Source: an uncultured Burkholderiales bacterium
GTDB taxonomy: Bacteria; Pseudomonadota; Gammaproteobacteria; Burkholderiales; Eutrophovitaceae
Assembly (NCBI GenBank): GCA_965661885.1
Contig: CBFIFN010000003.1
Location: 1 to 41,246, forward strand
Direction: 5' to 3'
DNA: 41,246 nt
Positions within the stretch are counted from its first letter, which is position 1, and every line of letters begins with the position of its first letter. A program made the position numbers and the translations under genes. The notes beneath the pieces are model-generated. The model searched no databases and had not been told where the DNA came from. It saw only the letters and a program-made list of their open reading frames with translations. This document shows, one piece after another, positions 10,025 to 20,043 of the stretch.

Positions 10025-10966
10025 ATGCTAAAAATATTAAGATATTGGACTTTCGTGGCGTGTGTATCATTTTCAATGACTGCACTCTCAGCAGATTTTA
10101 TTGTAATCGGAGATATGCCATACGGACATGGAGACAAAGTCGAAGGTGGGTACCGCAAACTAATAAGCAGTATAAACTCCGAGGACTCAGCATTTGTAGT
10201 TCATCTGGGCGATATTAAAAGCGGATCAACACTTTGCGACGATCAAATGTACGTGAAGCAAAGAGTTTTTTTTTCCTTATTTGAGTCGCCTTTTGTTTAT
10301 ACGCCAGGGGATAATGAGTGGACCGATTGTCATAGGAGAAGTAACGGTGGCTATGATCCTCTAGAGCGACTGGAGAGACTAAGAGAGGTTTTATTTGATG
10401 AGCCATATTTTTATCAGAATTCATCGTTAGGATTGAATAGTCAGGGCGCGATTTCAGACGAATTCAGCGAGTTTGTTGAAAATCAAATGTGGGTATCTTC
10501 ACAAACGTTATTTCTCACGCTGCATGTCGTCGGAAGTAACAACAATATGGAATCAGGTACGCGTCGCGGAGAGCTTGAGTTTATGCGACGCGAGCGCGCG
10601 AACAAAAATTGGATCAATGAAGGGTTTGATCGCTTGGCTAGCGAAGACATTTCAGAGGCGGTCGTAATTTTTCACGGTGATCCGTTTGTTGATTGGATGA
10701 TGCCAAGCCCATCAGTAATGTTTTCGGGATTTTCTGAGGCCATCGGCTCACAATTGATGGGTAGAATTCGTAACACCGATAAGCAGGTATTAATGATTCA
10801 CGGCGACACGCACAATTACCGATGGGATTCCGAGTTCTATAGCGATCAACTAAACAATAGTAATCTCACTCGTTTAGTCGTCCCGGGAGCCGGAGATATG
10901 AGAGCGGTTAAGGTCAGTGTTCAACGAAGTTCGAAGGAGTATTTCAAACATCAGTTGATCGAGTGA
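10025..10966 (+). CDS. Secreted calcineurin-like metallophosphoesterase
   Basis: Signal peptide (..SMTALSA) and the motifs GDMPY, HLGD, PGDNEWTDCH and IHGDTH. Confidence 0.8.
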   Translation: MLKILRYWTFVACVSFSMTALSADFIVIGDMPYGHGDKVEGGYRKLISSINSEDSAFVVHLGDIKSGSTLCDDQMYVKQRVFFSLFESPFVYTPGDNEWTDCHRRSNGGYDPLERLERLREVLFDEPYFYQNSSLGLNSQGAISDEFSEFVENQMWVSSQTLFLTLHVVGSNNNMESGTRRGELEFMRRERANKNWINEGFDRLASEDISEAVVIFHGDPFVDWMMPSPSVMFSGFSEAIGSQLMGRIRNTDKQVLMIHGDTHNYRWDSEFYSDQLNNSNLTRLVVPGAGDMRAVKVSVQRSSKEYFKHQLIE

Positions 10967-11020
10967 GTTTTTGCACTTAAATCAAATTTTTTGGCTGTTA
11001 GTGATACAGGTTTTTGAGCC

Positions 11021-11479
11021 TTAGTTACATCTGCCCTTGCATTTAATAACTTTTTGAGCGCAGTTAATATCACTGAAATTTTTCTTAGCTAAAAAACTGT
11101 AATCTCCGCCGGAATGCAGTGCCCCCGCTCCATTACATTGCAAGCGCTTCGTTACAAAGACCGGTTTTGTGATCCACTTCACATTAGCGCACCCAGGGTT
11201 TCCGCTTCCAAACTGCATACCTAGACGATACGTCGCACAAAATCCTGCTTGATGACTTACATCTCCCTCAATTTGCCAATGGCCATCTTCTCTTAACCAT
11301 CCCCTCACTGTACCGAAGTCAAAATCAAGCCTTGCTTCCTGAGTTCCACCTAAGTTACTTGATAGCGTAGCCTCAGAAGATAAAGAACGTATTTCTTCAC
11401 CAGATTGGACAGTAAATGGCGATAAGCCAATGGCTGCAATCAATGCCATCAAGGTTAGCTTTGAAATTTTTGTATTCAT
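11021..11479 (-). CDS. Hypothetical secreted protein with six Cys
   Basis: 152-aa ORF with an N-terminal signal-peptide-like segment filling the gap between genes; no family recognised. Confidence 0.7.
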   Translation of the reverse strand: MNTKISKLTLMALIAAIGLSPFTVQSGEEIRSLSSEATLSSNLGGTQEARLDFDFGTVRGWLREDGHWQIEGDVSHQAGFCATYRLGMQFGSGNPGCANVKWITKPVFVTKRLQCNGAGALHSGGDYSFLAKKNFSDINCAQKVIKCKGRCN

Positions 11480-11682
11480 ATGGACAAGTTATCATGAATA
11501 AAAAACTGAGACTAGCCCGGATTTCATGTTTATTCTCAGGTTTATGCTGTTAAAGCGATGACAAATTGAAGGGAGCCTGGATTTAAAAATATTCTGTACG
11601 TATGATTTAATAAAGGAAATATTTGTTTTAAGATCTCACTTCTCTTCAGGCACTCATAAATTCGGCGTCGGACTATTTTTGT

Positions 11683-12414
11683 ATGACAGATGCGTACACA
11701 TTTACCCCTCTAGGCGACCGCGCTGTTGTGATTAAGCTATTGCCTGAAATGACGGTTAAAAATCACTCGATGTCGGCCGCAGGACTTTGCGAAAGAATTA
11801 AGCTGTTTGATCTTCAAGGTATAACGGATATCGTTCCCGCGTTCCTACAAATAGCAATTCATTATGACCCAGTATTTTGGACAAGTGTCTCGAGCGAGTC
11901 GCCCTATGAGGCGATAGTCCAGTATTTAAGTGAAAGGCTTGCGGACACAAAGATGCACGCAGATGACCGAACATCATCACTTGTGCGCGTTCCGGTATGT
12001 TACGACACCGAGTTCGGTATCGATCTCGAATTTCTATCCTTAAAATTGGGCTTACCCATACCGGATTTAATTGATCTGCATAAATCGCCGATTTATACAG
12101 TCGGAGCCATTGGCTTTGCGCCAGGTTTTGCCTATCTTGAGGGGTTGGACTCTAGGTTGGTATTACCGCGAAGAGAGTCTCCGAGGACCCGAGTGCCCAA
12201 GGGAAGTATAGCCATTGCGGCAAGCTACACTGGTATTTACCCCTCCGAATTGCCAGGAGGGTGGCATATTCTGGGGCGCACTCTTACTACCTTTTTTCAA
12301 TGGTCGGACAATGTTGGCTCGTTATTGGCTGTCGGCGACCAGGTGCAATTTGACGCAGTTAGTTTAACGGAATTTCGAACTCTAGAAAGTCCCTCTGTGG
12401 TCAAAGATGACTGA
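11683..12414 (+). CDS. pxpB: 5-oxoprolinase subunit B (CT_C_D / KipI-like)
   Basis: PLGDRAV, VPVCYDTEFGIDL, IGFAPGFAYL, PRTRVPKGSIAIA and YPSELPGGWHILGRT; first gene of the pxpBCA operon. Confidence 0.92.
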   Translation: MTDAYTFTPLGDRAVVIKLLPEMTVKNHSMSAAGLCERIKLFDLQGITDIVPAFLQIAIHYDPVFWTSVSSESPYEAIVQYLSERLADTKMHADDRTSSLVRVPVCYDTEFGIDLEFLSLKLGLPIPDLIDLHKSPIYTVGAIGFAPGFAYLEGLDSRLVLPRRESPRTRVPKGSIAIAASYTGIYPSELPGGWHILGRTLTTFFQWSDNVGSLLAVGDQVQFDAVSLTEFRTLESPSVVKDD

Positions 12415-13423
12415 GAGTGAGTGCATCATAACTGTGACGGATCCCGGGTTGTTTTCAACAATTCAGGATGAAGGGCGGGATGGTTGGCAGAGTCAAGGTG
12501 TTTCTGTTTCTGGATCGGCCGATTTAAATTCCATGAGGATAGCTAACGTTTTGGTTGGGAATAAGCCTAAAGCCCCAGTTATAGAATTTGTCATGCAGGG
12601 ACCGACCTTAACTTTTTCTGAGGACTGTATTATTGCTTTTTGCGGCGCTGAATATACAGCGAGTATTAGCGAGACGCCCTTGCCTCAGGGGCGTCCAGTG
12701 AGAGTTCATGCAGGAACCACTCTCGTGACCGGTCGATCGATAGGAGGAATGTTTGGCTATTTGGCTGTTTCTGGAGGGTTAAAAATCGACGAAGTGATGG
12801 GTAGTGCGGCAACCGATACAAACAACGGATTTGGTGGTTTAGAGGGTAGGGCCCTGAAAGTAGGTGATAAATTGTCAGTTGCTAAACGTCCTCGTAATTT
12901 TCGTAACTTAAAAGATAAGAAGCGAAATTCGATGCAGCAGCCTTTTATCACCACGAATTGGGGGGTTAAGCGTTTTTTTAATGGCGAAAAGAGATTATTT
13001 AGATTCATTCCATCTTCACGGTGGTCTTTTTTATCACATGACATGAAGGAGGTTTTTTTGTCGGAGACTTTTCGGGTCACCTCGCAATCAAATCGTATGG
13101 GGGTTCGGTTAGTGGGGTGCGAAATTAATATGGGTCCAGATTTGGGGGAGCCATCGAGTCCTGTTGCACTGGGTACAATCCAAATTCCCTCGGATGGACA
13201 ACCGATCATCTTGTCAGTTGATCGTCAAACTGTTGGAGGCTACCCATCAATGGGCGTTGTTATATCAGCAGACCGAACACACTTCGTCCAAAGTCAACCG
13301 GGTGCAGGCATAAAATTCGCTGAGGTCTCTTTGTTTGACGCTCAAAAAGCTCTGATCGCAGAGGATAATTCGATGAAAGAGCTTCGTCGATATGTTTTTG
13401 ATCGCGTAAAGGAATTAGATTGA
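12407..13423 (+). CDS. pxpC: 5-oxoprolinase subunit C (CT_A_B / KipA-like)
   Basis: PGLFSTIQDEGR, YLAVSGG, SNRMGVRL, GTIQIPSDGQPII and DRQTVGGYP; overlaps pxpB by 8 bp. Confidence 0.9.
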   Translation: MTESECIITVTDPGLFSTIQDEGRDGWQSQGVSVSGSADLNSMRIANVLVGNKPKAPVIEFVMQGPTLTFSEDCIIAFCGAEYTASISETPLPQGRPVRVHAGTTLVTGRSIGGMFGYLAVSGGLKIDEVMGSAATDTNNGFGGLEGRALKVGDKLSVAKRPRNFRNLKDKKRNSMQQPFITTNWGVKRFFNGEKRLFRFIPSSRWSFLSHDMKEVFLSETFRVTSQSNRMGVRLVGCEINMGPDLGEPSSPVALGTIQIPSDGQPIILSVDRQTVGGYPSMGVVISADRTHFVQSQPGAGIKFAEVSLFDAQKALIAEDNSMKELRRYVFDRVKELD

Positions 13424-14205
13424 TGAGACATGCGATTGATCTAAATTGTGATCTTGGCGAGTATGTCTCCAAGACGGAGGAGGAGAAGGAGATGGCGATT
13501 ATTCCTTACGTAAGCTCAGCAAATATCGCTTGTGGATTGCATGCGGGAAATCAGCGATCAATAAAAAATACCATTTCTCGAGCCGTTCAGAATAACGTAG
13601 GGGTAGGCGCACACCCCTCTTTTCCGGATCGAGATAATTTTGGACGCAAGGCAATGACGATGCCCGAGGACGCCCTCCGGGAAGTTATTCGTCGTCAGCT
13701 TGATGATTTCGCAAATTGCGCTAGTGCTGTGGGCGCTCAGATGACGCATGTTAAGGCGCATGGAGCGCTTTACAATATGGCCGCTGTTGATTTATCCCTG
13801 GCTACAGTAGTGTGTGAGACAATTTACGATATCAATCCGCATTTGCTTGTGTTTGGACTCGCTAACTCGTTTTGGGTTCGTGCGGCAAATGATGTTGGTA
13901 TCGTTCTGATTGAAGAGGCTTTCGCTGATAGACGCTATCTTTCTAGTAGCCAGCTCGTCCCTCGGTCTAATAAGCACGCCTTAATCAACCATGTTCTTGA
14001 AGCGGAACAACAAGTTCTAAAGCTTGTTCGTGACAAAATAGTTACGAGTATCGATGGGACCGAGCATGAGGTTAAGGCGGGTACTATTTGTATTCATGGC
14101 GATAGTGATTTTGCGTTGAATATTGTTTCGGGTCTCGAAGAGTCTTTATTGGCGAACCAAATAGACATTTGTTATCCAACTTATAGTGGACTTACGAACC
14201 GTTAG
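13423..14205 (+). CDS. pxpA: 5-oxoprolinase subunit A (LamB/YcsF)
   Basis: IDLNCDLGE, SANIACGLHAG, GAHPSFPDRDNFGR, HVKAHGALYN, EAFADRRY and TICIHGD; TGATG coupling to pxpC. Confidence 0.93.
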   Translation: MRHAIDLNCDLGEYVSKTEEEKEMAIIPYVSSANIACGLHAGNQRSIKNTISRAVQNNVGVGAHPSFPDRDNFGRKAMTMPEDALREVIRRQLDDFANCASAVGAQMTHVKAHGALYNMAAVDLSLATVVCETIYDINPHLLVFGLANSFWVRAANDVGIVLIEEAFADRRYLSSSQLVPRSNKHALINHVLEAEQQVLKLVRDKIVTSIDGTEHEVKAGTICIHGDSDFALNIVSGLEESLLANQIDICYPTYSGLTNR

Positions 14206-14250
14206 TCCGATTTGAGAATCTTTTTTTTAAGGAATGTTAGGGGTGTTTGA

Positions 14251-15009
14251 GTGGTCAGCATTGGATTGGTAATTATAGGAGATGAAATTTTATCCGGAAG
14301 ACGGAAAGATAGGCACTTGGATAGGGCGATCGAAATAACTCATGCGCGGGGACTTAAGATCAACTGGTCAACCTACATGGAGGACAACCCAGAGTTATTA
14401 ACGAAAACGTTCCGGCGCACGCTCGCTTCGGACGACATTGTTTTTAGCTTCGGCGGGATTGGCGCCACGCCTGATGATTACACCAGGGAATCTGTTGCTG
14501 AGGCACTTGGAGTGGACACAATCATCCATCCCGATGCGAGGCGGGAGATAGAGGATCAGTTCGGCAAAGACGCTTATCCAAATCGAATCAAAATGGGCGA
14601 TTTCCCTATCGGGTCGAGGATTATTCCTAATAGTTTCAACAAAATTCCTGGGTTCAGTATTGGTAGTCATCATTTTTTGCCCGGATTCCCCTCAATGGCC
14701 TGGTCTATGATGGAGTGGGTACTTGATTCTGAGTATTCGGAAGCACATTTGAGCGTTCGTGACATTGAACGGTCGTTATTAATTTTGGATGTTCCGGAAA
14801 GTAACCTAATTCCCTTAATGGACGAATGTCTGATGATGTTTCCAGGATGTAAAGTATTCAGTCTTCCAACGATCACTGAGGACCGGAAACGCCGCGTGGA
14901 GCTTGGGGTGAAGGGCATACCGATGGTGGTTGATGAGGCGTACGACCATCTGAAGGGTTTGGTTATGAGGTTAAACTGCGAGTGGAGCGAATTGCCTCCG
15001 CGCCTCTAA
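14251..15009 (+). CDS. CinA N-terminal-like molybdopterin-binding domain protein (COG1058)
   Basis: IIGDEILSGRRKD, FGGIGATPDDYT and FLPGFPSMAW; GTG start. Confidence 0.85.
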   Translation: MVSIGLVIIGDEILSGRRKDRHLDRAIEITHARGLKINWSTYMEDNPELLTKTFRRTLASDDIVFSFGGIGATPDDYTRESVAEALGVDTIIHPDARREIEDQFGKDAYPNRIKMGDFPIGSRIIPNSFNKIPGFSIGSHHFLPGFPSMAWSMMEWVLDSEYSEAHLSVRDIERSLLILDVPESNLIPLMDECLMMFPGCKVFSLPTITEDRKRRVELGVKGIPMVVDEAYDHLKGLVMRLNCEWSELPPRL

Positions 15010-15889
15010 TGCTGGGGTAGTCGGTAGCGGTTAACAAAGGGTTCCAATGATGGACAGCCCAACTGACGATTTCCGTAGGGTTTGCGTCGCAAAGTTCACG
15101 CGGCGGATCCTGAGATAGAAAATGTAGAACTTTTATTAGTGTTTCGGTGACGTGTTCCGTATTGATTGGTTCTGCTTTATTCTGTTTTGAGAGCTTCTGA
15201 CCCTTTTCATTCCTGACTAGTGGAATATGCAAGAAATTTTGCGTTGGGTATCCCAATATTGTTTGAATCGCAGCTTGCCTCAAACTAGAGGACAGCAAGT
15301 CTCTACCTCTAACAATATTTGTAACGCTTGCGTTATGATCATCGAGAACGCTAGCTAAGTGATAGGAGGGCGTTCCATCCGCTTTAAAAACAACAAAGTC
15401 TCCATATAGAGACTGTAAATCCTGACTTATAGACCCGAGTGCAGTATCGTTAATGGTAGTGATACTCGGTTCGTTCAGTTTAATTCGGTAATTTCTGATA
15501 GTCTCGTTGATGATCGGATGGGTTCTACAGTGTCCGTTATAAACCCACTCGTCATTAACTTGAATAGAGCGTTGGCGCAGGACTTTACGGCTGCAAGCGC
15601 ATGGATAACAATCAATTTTTACGCCAAATTCGTTAAGCCAATCCTCATAATATCGTCTCTGCTGACTTTGATAAATTGGCTCGTCATTCCAAGTAAGTGC
15701 GAAACTCTCAAGTACTCGAAAAATTTCAGTGTCAGCACCTGCAACGTTTCTTTCTTGGTCTAGATCATCAATACGAATTAACCATTTCCCTGACTGAGAT
15801 TTCGCGTCACAAAAACTTCCAACAGCGGTAACTAGGGATCCAAAATGAAGAGGACCGGATGGAGTTGGTGCAAACCGTCCAACGTACAT
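14963..15889 (-). CDS. gluQ: tRNA glutamyl-Q(34) synthetase GluQRS
   Basis: GRFAPTPSGPLHFGS (HIGH-like), CACSRK...YNGHCR zinc motif, IVRGRDL and KLSKQN (KMSKS-like). At 308 aa it lacks an anticodon-binding domain. Confidence 0.92.
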   Translation of the reverse strand: MYVGRFAPTPSGPLHFGSLVTAVGSFCDAKSQSGKWLIRIDDLDQERNVAGADTEIFRVLESFALTWNDEPIYQSQQRRYYEDWLNEFGVKIDCYPCACSRKVLRQRSIQVNDEWVYNGHCRTHPIINETIRNYRIKLNEPSITTINDTALGSISQDLQSLYGDFVVFKADGTPSYHLASVLDDHNASVTNIVRGRDLLSSSLRQAAIQTILGYPTQNFLHIPLVRNEKGQKLSKQNKAEPINTEHVTETLIKVLHFLSQDPPRELCDANPTEIVSWAVHHWNPLLTATDYPSIRGAEAIRSTRSLTS

Positions 15890-15898
15890 TATGACTAG

Positions 15899-16240
15899 TT
15901 ACGTTTCGCTGGCACGGACGATACGTACTGAAAACAAAATGGCTGTGAAAGTCATCAGAGAGAAGACAACTTCCCCAACAGCCATAAATCTAAATATATC
16001 TGATTCTGCATAGGCTCGAACGACTCCCTCTATAAAATAAGGAATCACTAGCAGCACCGTATATTGGTAAGTTTGTAAATTATTTCGCAGAACTCCTAGC
16101 AGTGGCAAAACGATGGGAATACTCTTGAGAATTAGCCAAGAGCCTCCTGGGGCTAACGGTGCTATGTGCGCCTCCCAAGCCAGGCACCACAAACTTAATC
16201 CAATTAACCCGGCACTTGAAAAAAATTGATGTAAACGCAT
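15899..16240 (-). CDS. DUF2069-family membrane protein
   Basis: WE...APL.PGGSWL.LK..P and YFIEGVVRA; typical position downstream of wrbA. Confidence 0.8.
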   Translation of the reverse strand: MRLHQFFSSAGLIGLSLWCLAWEAHIAPLAPGGSWLILKSIPIVLPLLGVLRNNLQTYQYTVLLVIPYFIEGVVRAYAESDIFRFMAVGEVVFSLMTFTAILFSVRIVRASET

Positions 16241-16242
16241 GG

Positions 16243-16854
16243 CTACTTATCTTCAGTGTTATTCAGTTTTTTTGCAATGCTGGCCAGGTGTCGGCCTTGT
16301 GCTATGCACAGAGCTTTTTCCTCTGAGGAGATTGGTAAATTTCCATCAGGCCCGGCGAAATGACTGGTCCCGTAAGGTGTGCCACCGGTAACGGTTGTAT
16401 GTAACTCTCGTTCAGAGTACGGAACACCTGTAATAACCATTCCGAGATGGATGAGAGGAAACATCATGGTAGCTAATGTAATCTCTTGACCTCCATGCAT
16501 GGAAGACGCCGATGTAAATACAGTGGCTGGCTGTCCAACCAGATCTCCAGAATGCCAGATACCACCTAATTGATCTAAAAAATGTTTCATGGCCGCGGAC
16601 ATGTTACCGAAACGCGTTGGACTCCCGATAGCTAGCCCGATGCAATCTCTCATGTCATCAAGCTCAACATAAGGTGAGCCATCAACTGGGATGGTAGCTT
16701 CTGTTTTCTCGATATTGGTAGAGATTGGAGGCACAGTTCTAACTCGAGAGGTCACGCCTGGTACCATTTCGATACCTCTTGCAATTAGCTTAGCCATTTG
16801 TTGGACACTACCATTACGTGAGTAGTATAGGACGAGTATTTCTGATGTTTTCAT
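16243..16854 (-). CDS. wrbA: NAD(P)H:quinone oxidoreductase, WrbA family
   Basis: ILVLYYSRNGS, GSPTRFGNM, SMHGGQE and GGTPYGTSH. Confidence 0.92.
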   Translation of the reverse strand: MKTSEILVLYYSRNGSVQQMAKLIARGIEMVPGVTSRVRTVPPISTNIEKTEATIPVDGSPYVELDDMRDCIGLAIGSPTRFGNMSAAMKHFLDQLGGIWHSGDLVGQPATVFTSASSMHGGQEITLATMMFPLIHLGMVITGVPYSERELHTTVTGGTPYGTSHFAGPDGNLPISSEEKALCIAQGRHLASIAKKLNNTEDK

Positions 16855-16879
16855 GTTTGGAATTTATTTGATAAATTGT

Positions 16880-18589
16880 CTAGCCTAATCTTCGAACTAT
16901 CTCGTCTAAGATATTTGTAATAGATATTGAGCTAGACTCACCCGTTGATCTATTTGTCCACTCGAGGGTTCCTTCATTGAGTCCTCTCTCGCCTACGGTT
17001 AAGCGGTAGGGTATTCCAACCAGTTCAAGGTCAGCGAACATCACGCCAGGCCTTTCGCCACGGTCATCGAGTAGGACGTCGACATCACGTTTCAAAAGCT
17101 TAGTTTCTAGATCGTCACAAAATGCCTTAACCGCTGCGTTTTTTTTGTATCCGATTGCTGCGATAGCAACGGTGAAGGGTGAAATTGAATCTGGCCATAT
17201 AATGCCTTTCTCGTCATAATTTTGCTCTATTGACGCAGCTACAATCCTTGATACTCCTATACCGTAGCAACCCATTTCAGTTGGTTTGCTTTTGCCGTCA
17301 GCATCGAGAAAATGACATTTAAGCGCTTCAGAGTATTTTTTTCTAAGCTGAAAAATATGACCGACCTCAATCCCTCTGCAGATTTCGAGAGTACCTTTAC
17401 CGTCTGGGCTGGGATCTCCGGTTTGTACATTTCTCACATCCGCGATTTCTATTTCATTCTTGATGTCTCGGATGAAATTCACCCCTGTTAAATGAAAGTC
17501 TGGCTCATTAGCACCACAACAAAAGTTCTCCATTATTTTTATCGATCTATCTCCAATAATTCGAATATCTGAGTCGATATTAGTCGGTCCTATGAATCCT
17601 ATAGGACACCCTAGGCGTTTCTTTACTTCATCTTCCGTGGCAAAACGGAAACGCGACATACCTTGAATTTTTGTTAGCTTTATTTCATTAAGCTGGTGGT
17701 CTCCTCTCATTACAACTAGGACAAAATTATCATCAGCGACGATTGCGAGCGTTTTTAGAATATTTGATTGGTCTATATTAAGTAAGTTAGCTACATCCTC
17801 ACATCTGGTCGATCCGGGTGTAGAAATTTTTTTCATCTCCTGTGGCGTTTGGGTATTTGTGCTGTCTGGTGCTACTGCCTCTGCGAGCTCTATATTGGCT
17901 GCATATTTTGACTGGGGGCAATAAGCCAGTGCGTCCTCACCTGAATCAGCGAGGACGTGAAACTCATGCGATCCACTTCCACCTATTGCACCTGTGTCTG
18001 CAGCTACTGATCGGTAACTCAAGCCTATACGTTCGAAGATGCGGGAGTAGGTATCAAACATGTTCTGGTATTCCCTCTCGAGATCATGAAAGTCAGCATG
18101 AAAAGAGTAAGCATCTTTCATCAGGAATTCTCTCGCTCGCATCACGCCAAATCTGGGTCGAATCTCATCTCGAAATTTCGTCTGAATTTGGTAGAGATTG
18201 ATAGGGAGTTGACGGTAAGACTTTATATCTTGGCGTGCGATATCTGCGATGACCTCTTCATGAGTAGGGCCGAAACAAAAATCTCGCTCGTGTCGATCTT
18301 TAATTTTAAGCATTTGTTCGCCAAAAAGCTCCCATCTACCGGACTCTTTCCATAGCTCAGAGGGCTGAACGGCAGGCATGAGAACCTCTAAAGCGCCCGC
18401 TTTTTCCATTTCTTCTCTAATTATCCTCTCTATTTTTTTTAAAACACGGAGTCCCAGTGGGAGCCACGAGTAAAGACCGCTGCCTAATTTTTTAATAAGA
18501 CCGGCCCTGAGCATTAGCTGATGTGATGCTAGCTCGGCTTCATTCGGGGCTTCGCGTAAGGTATTTAAAAAAAATTGAGTTAATCGCAT
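16880..18589 (-). CDS. proS: Proline--tRNA ligase (with INS editing domain)
   Basis: [49 protein letters not shown] in the editing domain, [10 protein letters not shown] and [10 protein letters not shown]. Confidence 0.98.
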   Translation of the reverse strand: MRLTQFFLNTLREAPNEAELASHQLMLRAGLIKKLGSGLYSWLPLGLRVLKKIERIIREEMEKAGALEVLMPAVQPSELWKESGRWELFGEQMLKIKDRHERDFCFGPTHEEVIADIARQDIKSYRQLPINLYQIQTKFRDEIRPRFGVMRAREFLMKDAYSFHADFHDLEREYQNMFDTYSRIFERIGLSYRSVAADTGAIGGSGSHEFHVLADSGEDALAYCPQSKYAANIELAEAVAPDSTNTQTPQEMKKISTPGSTRCEDVANLLNIDQSNILKTLAIVADDNFVLVVMRGDHQLNEIKLTKIQGMSRFRFATEDEVKKRLGCPIGFIGPTNIDSDIRIIGDRSIKIMENFCCGANEPDFHLTGVNFIRDIKNEIEIADVRNVQTGDPSPDGKGTLEICRGIEVGHIFQLRKKYSEALKCHFLDADGKSKPTEMGCYGIGVSRIVAASIEQNYDEKGIIWPDSISPFTVAIAAIGYKKNAAVKAFCDDLETKLLKRDVDVLLDDRGERPGVMFADLELVGIPYRLTVGERGLNEGTLEWTNRSTGESSSISITNILDEIVRRLG

Positions 18590-18697
18590 GTTTCTATAAT
18601 CATTTTGACCAGAAAGCAGTATTCTATCCCGATGAATAAAAGTTATGTTGCTAAACCCAAAGTTAAATGAGGGATTAGCGAAGATGGTGGTAACAAT

Positions 18698-19474
18698 ATG
18701 CTAAAAAAGTTTAATTTCCGTAGAGGTTCTCAAAACAAATGGGAAGTTGAGGTTAGTGAGACCCATGGTTTCAGACACTTGTATTTGGGCAGTCGAACTA
18801 TACAAAGCTCTATGAAACTTTCTGATCCATTCAGTCTGGTCCTTGATTATACCCAGGCGATGATGGCGTTTATGCTTTTTGATGACCGTATACGAAAAGT
18901 TGCTTGTATCGGACTTGGCGGTGGTTCTATGCCTAAATTTATTTGGAAATATCTACCGGAGATGAATGTTTGCGTGGTGGAAAATTCCCTCCAAGTTATA
19001 AACGTGGCGCGGCAACTATTCGCACTTCCTAGCGATGACGGGAGATTGTCGGTGATACATGGTGACGGGATGGTTTGGATTAACGGTGCGAATCAACACG
19101 ATGTCATTATGCTTGACGCTTTTGACGGAGCAGGAGTGCCCGATGGGTTCACTGAGGAGATTTTTATCGAAAAAGTGAAACGATGTCTTACTCATCGAGG
19201 TATCTATATTCAAAATTTGTGGTCGAATGATCCGTTACTGAAATCAAGAATTAACCAAATCGAGAGTCATTTCGAACAGATTGTCTTAGTGCCTACACCC
19301 AAGGGGGGTAACATCGTCGCTATCGCTTTTTGTAAGATGCCGGCGGCTGATAAGTTATCCCAGATTGATCATCGGGCGAAAATTTTGAAGCGTCAGCTTG
19401 GTCTAGATTTTGACGCTATGTTAGCTAAAATGCGCTCGTTTCAATCGACGCAAACTAAAAAACTTCTAATTTGA
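18698..19474 (+). CDS. Spermidine synthase-like class I SAM-dependent transferase
   Basis: IQSSM..DP..L.L.YT..MM, IGLGGGS SAM-binding loop, HGDG and DVIMLDAFD. Confidence 0.8.
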   Translation: MLKKFNFRRGSQNKWEVEVSETHGFRHLYLGSRTIQSSMKLSDPFSLVLDYTQAMMAFMLFDDRIRKVACIGLGGGSMPKFIWKYLPEMNVCVVENSLQVINVARQLFALPSDDGRLSVIHGDGMVWINGANQHDVIMLDAFDGAGVPDGFTEEIFIEKVKRCLTHRGIYIQNLWSNDPLLKSRINQIESHFEQIVLVPTPKGGNIVAIAFCKMPAADKLSQIDHRAKILKRQLGLDFDAMLAKMRSFQSTQTKKLLI

Positions 19475-19538
19475 CCCCTCGGAGAGCGATAAGTATGTAA
19501 AAATATACTTATTATTAGATTTGACGGGGGCTTGGGTC

Positions 19539-20033
19539 ATGATTGATCGAGATGGTTACCGTCCGAACGTAGGTATTATTCTTTGCAACAAGCGCAATGA
19601 GGTTTTTTGGGGAAAACGTGTTCGGGAATATGCATGGCAGTTTCCGCAAGGGGGTATTCAGGAGGGTGAATCTCCTGCGCAAGCCATGTACCGTGAACTC
19701 GACGAGGAAGTAGGACTGGAAGCGCAACATGTGAAGATAGTTGGGCGAACTGCAGAATGGTTACGTTACGATGTGCCAAGGCAGTTTGTTCGTCGCGATT
19801 CGCGCGTTACCTATAGAGGACAGAAGCAAATATGGTTTTTATTGCGTTTGGTGGGGCACGACAGCGACATTTCCTTGAGAAAGTCCAGCGTGCCAGAATT
19901 TGATGCGTGGCGCTGGCATCCATTTTTTGTGCCGCTTAGCTCGGTCATTGACTTTAAAAGAAGTGTCTATAAGCAGGCATTGTCAGAGCTGGCACCTCAT
20001 TTAAGATTGAGGGTTCCCAAGGCGTATCAATAG
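19539..20033 (+). CDS. rppH: RNA pyrophosphohydrolase
   Basis: [14 protein letters not shown], Nudix box [35 protein letters not shown] and EFDAWRW. Confidence 0.96.
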   Translation: MIDRDGYRPNVGIILCNKRNEVFWGKRVREYAWQFPQGGIQEGESPAQAMYRELDEEVGLEAQHVKIVGRTAEWLRYDVPRQFVRRDSRVTYRGQKQIWFLLRLVGHDSDISLRKSSVPEFDAWRWHPFFVPLSSVIDFKRSVYKQALSELAPHLRLRVPKAYQ

Positions 20034-20043
20034 TTCTCTGGTT

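Noticed and set aside
12757-13209. 150-aa antisense ORF within pxpC, and similar antisense ORFs inside dsbD, proS, DASS and hrpA
   Set aside because: They lie fully opposite well-supported genes and show no motifs; typical shadow ORFs.
14963-15889. Calling this gene gltX (glutamate--tRNA ligase)
   Set aside because: It is too short and lacks the anticodon-binding domain; the motifs fit GluQRS.
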